DNA from: the human T2T-CHM13v2.0 reference genome, Homo sapiens
Strand: one strand, 5' to 3'
Assembly (NCBI RefSeq): GCF_009914755.1
Contig: NC_060925.1
DNA: 64,000 bases
Shown: positions 58,544 to 64,000 of the stretch, one piece after another
Layout of the letters: every line of letters starts with the position of its first letter
How positions within the stretch are numbered: the first letter of the stretch is position 1
The notes under the pieces: model-generated
Database searches by the model: none
Told to the model about the DNA's origin: nothing
What the model saw: the letters and a program-made list of their open reading frames with translations, nothing else
Position numbers and translations under genes: made by a program

Positions 58544-60234
58544 AGATGTTTTATTATCTTGACTACACCCTTCTCATTTGCCAGGCACCTCTTTATGTTC
58601 AGTCTTTCTGCCAGATTTTTCACTCATGCTAGGCAGCTTTGCTTGTGGTTATAAGCTATCCATCAGGAGCTGTGGATGACTTGGGAAGCTGAGTGGGAGA
58701 CCGTTAATAAATATGTGTTAGTCCTTTTGGTTCTCCCAACAAGATATTGATGCTAAAGGCTATTTTACGTGGTATTTGTCAATAAGAGATTTTGGCAAAT
58801 TATGATACTGCGTATCTTCTGTAAGGTATAATTCCTGGTACTTCAAATTTATGTCAGCTTTGTCTCTGAGATGTCTGAAATGCTTTAGAGCCATTGCTCA
58901 TTTGTCTTGCTTTTCAGCATGCCTGGGAGAATGAACAGCTGGGGAGAAAGAACAGCTTTTCTTCCCACATTCACACACAGTTTCTGATGGACCCACAGGT
59001 TACTAGCCTGCCCCACGGGTCATGCAGTAGCAAAGTTGGGACTAGAATTTCAGTGTTCCTCCACCTGCCTAAAGTACGGCTCTGGAGAAAGTCAGCCCTG
59101 GCTGTCCTGGTCTTAGTAAAGCTATAGTTCGTGAAACATCAGGTTACAAATAGCAGGTTTCCCTCTTGCTGACGCAGAGCTGCAGCTTCAGGCTTGGAAG
59201 GTGCTGATTACTGGGGCTGGTGATCTACTAACCCTTTATTGAAACTGCTGATGTGGATGATCGAGAAGCAGAGAGCCGGGAGGAGAATGTAATTCAAGTC
59301 TGGGTTCTTGGATGGTCTAAGCTCCAGGCCTGAGGCTGGCCGTCATGAAAGGAACATAACTGTGGCTGTCCAGGCCTCATAATTGGGCTCATGGAGGCAG
59401 ACGGGCTCATGAGGAATGTCCCTATGGAGAGGGTTGCTGAGGCTCAGCCTCCATCTGCACTTCAGTAACTTAGGAGCTCACACATTCTTATGGGTCAAGA
59501 AGTAATCTGGGTCACTAAGCATTTGCCTAGGAAGATGTGAATTTGGCGTCCTTTGTTTTAGAAAGAAAAGGGATAGAGGTAAAGTTTCCCCTCTTCCTGG
59601 TAATAAATGTGACTTGGCATATGTCATAATTGCAGTAGTGTTTGTACTTAAGACATAGGTTTTAGTTTAGAGGATTTTTCTCCCTAACTGGCAGTGGAGA
59701 GTGTGTGGAGTCATTTTCCTTGTACTGGCCCTGGAAGGATATTTTTGGTGATCTAATTTTTTTATTCCAGTGTTGCAAAGCGCCGACATCATTATCAAAT
59801 GTGCCATAGTTGTTTGGAAGCGAAGCTCTCATCAGCTATGTAAGTTTTTATTTTAGGTTACTGTGGAGAAGGGGAGGCCTCGGTGGAGGACTGATGTGTG
59901 TTCAGAGTCGGAGCTTTCTGCAGAAATTCGAGTCCTGTTGACCCAGGGAGCAGGCCTTGACATCAGGCCCCGTGCATGAAGCAGTGTGATGTCCCAAGCA
60001 GTGGTGCTCTGACCACTTGCCATTTAGGTCCTGGTGCCAGCGGGAAGGTCTAGCATCAGCAGGTTGCCAGGGTGACTCTGTAAATCCATACTGGGGGCTT
60101 TGGAAACAGTTTTGCCTGTTTCTGGCCCTAGCCTCGTTTGACAGCAGAAGCCCAGGAGGCTTGTGCATGGGAGCTCTTGGTGGACAGCTAGCTCTGGGTG
60201 TCTTTCTGGGGCTGCTGTGACATGGCAGAGAGGA

Positions 60235-60460
60235 TGCATAGCACAGGGGCCACTGGCCTGGGCTCCGGAGCAGACTCTGGGTGTGCATTCTGGCTTATCC
60301 AGTTAGCTCTGTGGCCTCAGGCAAGTCACTTAACCCTTCAGTGCCTCAGTTTCCCCATTCACCTATCATCAGGTTGTTCAATGATGAATAAATTAGTTTA
60401 TGTAAAATGCTCAGAATGGTGCCTGGTACATACATAGTAAGTGCTTAAAAGTGTTAACTG
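60235..60460 (+). mobile_element. MIR
   Basis: GGCAAGTCACTTAACCCTTCAGTGCCTCAGTTTCCCC...TGCCTGGTACA. Confidence 0.85.
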
Positions 60461-62307
60461 CTGTTGCTAATGTCAACTGTCACTTTGAAGGCGGGGAGGT
60501 GTTGACACGGGTTCTTGGGGAAGCTGCATCAGTGTGCTCTCACATCACATGTGACACGTCGCAGGCATTCACGAGCCCAGAGGCTCCTGTTCCCCAGCCA
60601 GAGCCAGCCTCCTCTGCCAGGTTTGAAGTGAACCAACCTACTTTCCTCGAAAGCGCCTCCAGCCTCCGCAGACCATGCCTGAAACTGTCATTCCTAGGTA
60701 GGTGGGTTGTTTTGGAAGGAGTGTGAGGATGAAGGGGCTCCTGCAGCCCTTTGCTTCTTCCTTGGGTGGGGAATCTGAGCCCCAGACAGCATGAGGAAGC
60801 TGGTCAGGGTCCCCCCCAGCTGGTGTGAGGACCGAGTGGCCCCTGGGGTTCTGCAGGTAGCTTCAGGCCAGAACCCTTTCCCCATCCAGTGTTCAGTGGC
60901 CAGGAGATTATTTCCCAATTCCACCCTTAATCTTTTCCAGCTTGTCTTTGAAAAATTATACCGAGATATGGTTTTAAGTGCGTGCTGTTTAATTTTTTAA
61001 TACTCTTATTGGCAATTGGATTTTTCAACATCTTGAGCTGTTACTATCTGAATATAGCGTGTTATTTGAAAACTTTTCTGCAAGGTTTTAATTAGGAAAT
61101 GTTCTTTCATTAGTTCAGTTTCTGGCTTGCTTTTGAAACTGCAGATGAGTGACAAGTGGAAGACAAATTAATAATTGTGGCAATGCAACAAAGCCCCCCT
61201 GTGAGGGCTGAGGACTAGTTCTGTCAATTAGAAAAGTGCTCACGTGGCTTTGCTGATGGCTCTAATTAAGACAACTCACAACTGGATTGCAGATCAATAG
61301 ATACACTCTGTGATGATTTTAAGGAGGAATGACCTGTGTGAAAACCCACGTTTGGTCATGCTAACCATGACGAGGAAGGATGGCACAGTGGTTGGGAGCC
61401 TGGCCTGTCATGTTAGACCTGGTTCAGATCCTGCTGTTACTACGGAGTAGCTGTGGGACATTGGCTTGCGTTTCCTTGTCTGGAAAAGAGAGTTAGTGAG
61501 TTGATGAAGATGATGCTGACGAGCTTAGTGAGGACGTTTATTTGTGCTTGCTCTCCCTTCCTGCAGGTACTTCTGGGGCTGGTCTGGCTTGACTTCTCTG
61601 ACCCAGGACGGGTCTTGCTTGGAGCAGACCTGCAGGTCAGTGGTGACATCAGGTGTGAATTTTTGGACTAGGAGTGTCAGTCGGGGTGCAGAGGCACCTG
61701 GTGAGGCAGGCTTTTCCATCCTTCTTCTCTAGTCCGTGTCCCTCCTTTGGGCAATGTGGAGTTGCCTTCAATCTGGGAAGGTCTCTGTTTCTTTGTGTAA
61801 GGTGAAGCTGTGGTGCTGAATGAAGCAGGTGTCACATTTGGGTTACATTTTTAAGGTTCTCTAATCGGTCAAAGTGCTGTGTAAGTTTCCAGGGGCACCG
61901 TAGAACAAAGCAGGCTTAATGGATTAATGGACATGATTGAGTGAGCTGATGGGTTGGTGATTTCATAGGTGTCTGGCTTTAAGCCCTGCCTTGCCTTTGC
62001 AGTTCCACAGCCATTCAGGCTGGTCATCTCTTCCTAGGGCCTCTGGAGTTGGCCTACCTTGGAGAGATCTCCAATGTGCCATTCCTCCTGCAGCCGACTC
62101 TCCTTATCCCTACTTCCTCAGTGCTGAGCCAGAGGAGAGTACCTTTTATCACTTCTGTATCATTTATTTATTTCGGGAAGGGAGTGTAGTGGCTGCCAGG
62201 AGAGGGAGGCACACATATAAATTGTGGACAAAGCCTAGAAACCTAGGCATTGCCCCTGCTCATAGGAAGTCATATGCATGGAACATACGCACTGGAGTGC
62301 TAGTTAG

Positions 62308-63110
62308 ACAGCTGGGATGATAGAGCAGGGGATCCAGGCTGATACATCAGGGGAACTTGCAGAGAGAATAGGGGATCCAGGATGATAGAGCAGGATAAGG
62401 ACAGCTGTGGATGGAGCAGGACGACTGGATAATGGAGCATGGAGCCAGGATGATGGAACAAGCAGCCAGGATGATGGACAGGGAGCTGGGATGATGGAGC
62501 CGGGAGCTGGGATGATGGAGCAGAGCAGCTGGGATGATGGAGCAGGGCAGCTGGGATGAAACAGCAGGGAGCTGGAATGATAGAGCACGGCAGTTGGGAT
62601 GATGGAGGAGGGAAGCTGGGATGATGGAGCAGGGAAGCCGGGATGATGGAGCAGGGAAGCCGGGATGATGGAGCAGGGAGCCAGGATGATGGAGCAGGGA
62701 GCCTAGATGATGGAGCTGGCAGCTGGGATGACAGAGTGGGGAGCAGGATGATGGAGCAGGGAGCCAGGATGATGGAGCGGGGGGGCCAGGATGATGGAGC
62801 GGGGAGCTGGGATGATGGAGCAGGCAGCCAGGATGATGGAGTGGGGAGCCCAGATGTTGGAGCAGGCAGCCAGGATGATGGAGTGGGGAGCGAGGATGAT
62901 GGAGCAGGGGAGCCGGGATGAGGGAGCAGGCAGCTGGGATGACGGAGCAGGGAGTGGGATGATGGAGCAGGGAGCGGGATGATGGAGCGGGGAGCCAAGA
63001 TGATGGAGCAGGGAGCTGGGATGTTGGAGCAGACAGTTGGGATGATGGAGCAGGGGGCTGGGATGATGGAGCTGGGGGGCCCAATGATGGAACAAGAAGC
63101 CAGACTGATA
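62308..63110. repeat. G-rich minisatellite/VNTR, unit ~20-22 bp, consensus GGATGATGGAGCAGGGAGC(CA/TG)
   Basis: Roughly 35-40 units; the core (~62430-63075) is homogeneous and the edges are degenerate. Confidence 0.95.
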
Positions 63111-64000
63111 GAACAGAGGAAATGATCTGAGAAACAACTTTGAAAGGTCACCTGCAGCCCCCTGATGCTTGCATTATGTTAAAATGTTTGAAAATTTAGA
63201 ATCCTCATTTTAAGGCATTGATCTTTCCTTCAGAAAGCTGTCCTTGCTGTTAAACGGTGTCCGGAGAGTAAGGAGATGGTCAGCACTGAGCATTTAGTTT
63301 CTTCAGAGGAATGACAGTGGGGGTTACTCTGTTTTTACTTGGAGTATCTGGATTGTTCAGGACCAAGTAAAACTCTGTAAGAAAGGGTTGGAAATCCTGG
63401 TGGGCCTCTGTTAGCCCTTCCAATAGAAGGGGGCCGGAGGGGGCCCACTGTCTGTGTCCTTGGACCTGCATGCAAGCTGAAGGAAATGGTGCCTGCTGCA
63501 CATGGAGGAGCTGGAGCCGTGGACAGGCCTGAGCTCATCTCCATCAGCACCCGGATGTTGGCGTACATGCCTGTGAAGGTGAGGGTCTGCACTTCCAGCA
63601 GCCCTCCCCCTTTGTATGTCACTTTGGACACCCGAGATTTCCCTGATTTGCCTGGAGCCTCTGTGTAATTTTTAATTTGATCCCCTGCGTCCCAGTGGAC
63701 TGTGAGTGTCTTGAGGCCAGCACAGGCTTGGCCCCTCCCACAGCAGGGAGACAGTGGGGAGCCAGGCTAACATGGGCCCAGGGATGTATATTCTGGAAGG
63801 AGGGCAGGCTGGGGGACGGTCACGCCAATATCAGAGTGTGAAGTGGGGCTCCATGAGAGGTGAGTCCTCATCAGGAAGGGCCGAGGAGGGGACCTGTGGG
63901 CGAGGCCTGTTGACCAGAATGATCCAGTGTGGCAGAAGGCTGTCTGGGCTTGGAGAAGATCCTGTGCAGAGATCCTGGGGCCAGAATGAACTTGGCATGT

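Noticed and set aside
62308-63110. CRISPR-like array
   Set aside because: Units are contiguous with no unique spacers, the context is eukaryotic, and there are no cas genes.
62300-63151. 283-aa and 245-aa antisense ORFs as genes
   Set aside because: They are translations of the VNTR unit, with no promoter, splice or homology support.

Overview
This is primate (almost certainly human) genomic DNA covering the 5' end of GALNT2 (polypeptide N-acetylgalactosaminyltransferase 2; chr1q42 by recall). The canonical first coding exon (ATG 46850, donor after 46975) encodes the cytoplasmic tail, signal-anchor and Gly-rich stem, and lies in a CpG-island promoter. About 9.2 kb upstream is an alternative first exon ending ATG-GCT-GAC-AGA|gtaagt (MADR). 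The rest is repeat-rich upstream DNA and the start of intron 1: many Alus, solo LTRs (several nested, with target-site duplications), DNA-transposon fossils, L1/L2/MIR remnants, microsatellites and a ~21-bp VNTR. Repeat subfamily names come from recalled consensus sequences and need RepeatMasker/Dfam confirmation. The most striking unexplained structure is a set of short, locally templated copies. First, a 96-bp copy of 33722-33817 sits at 37642-37737 and supplies both the start codon and the splice donor of the alternative GALNT2 exon. Second, a 115-bp, 98%-identical copy of 44819-44933 sits at 39818-39932 with a target duplication and junction microhomology. Third, serial snap-back palindromes occur at ~12.6 kb and ~30.35 kb. 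Apart from the two GALNT2 exons, none of the supplied ORFs is a credible gene.
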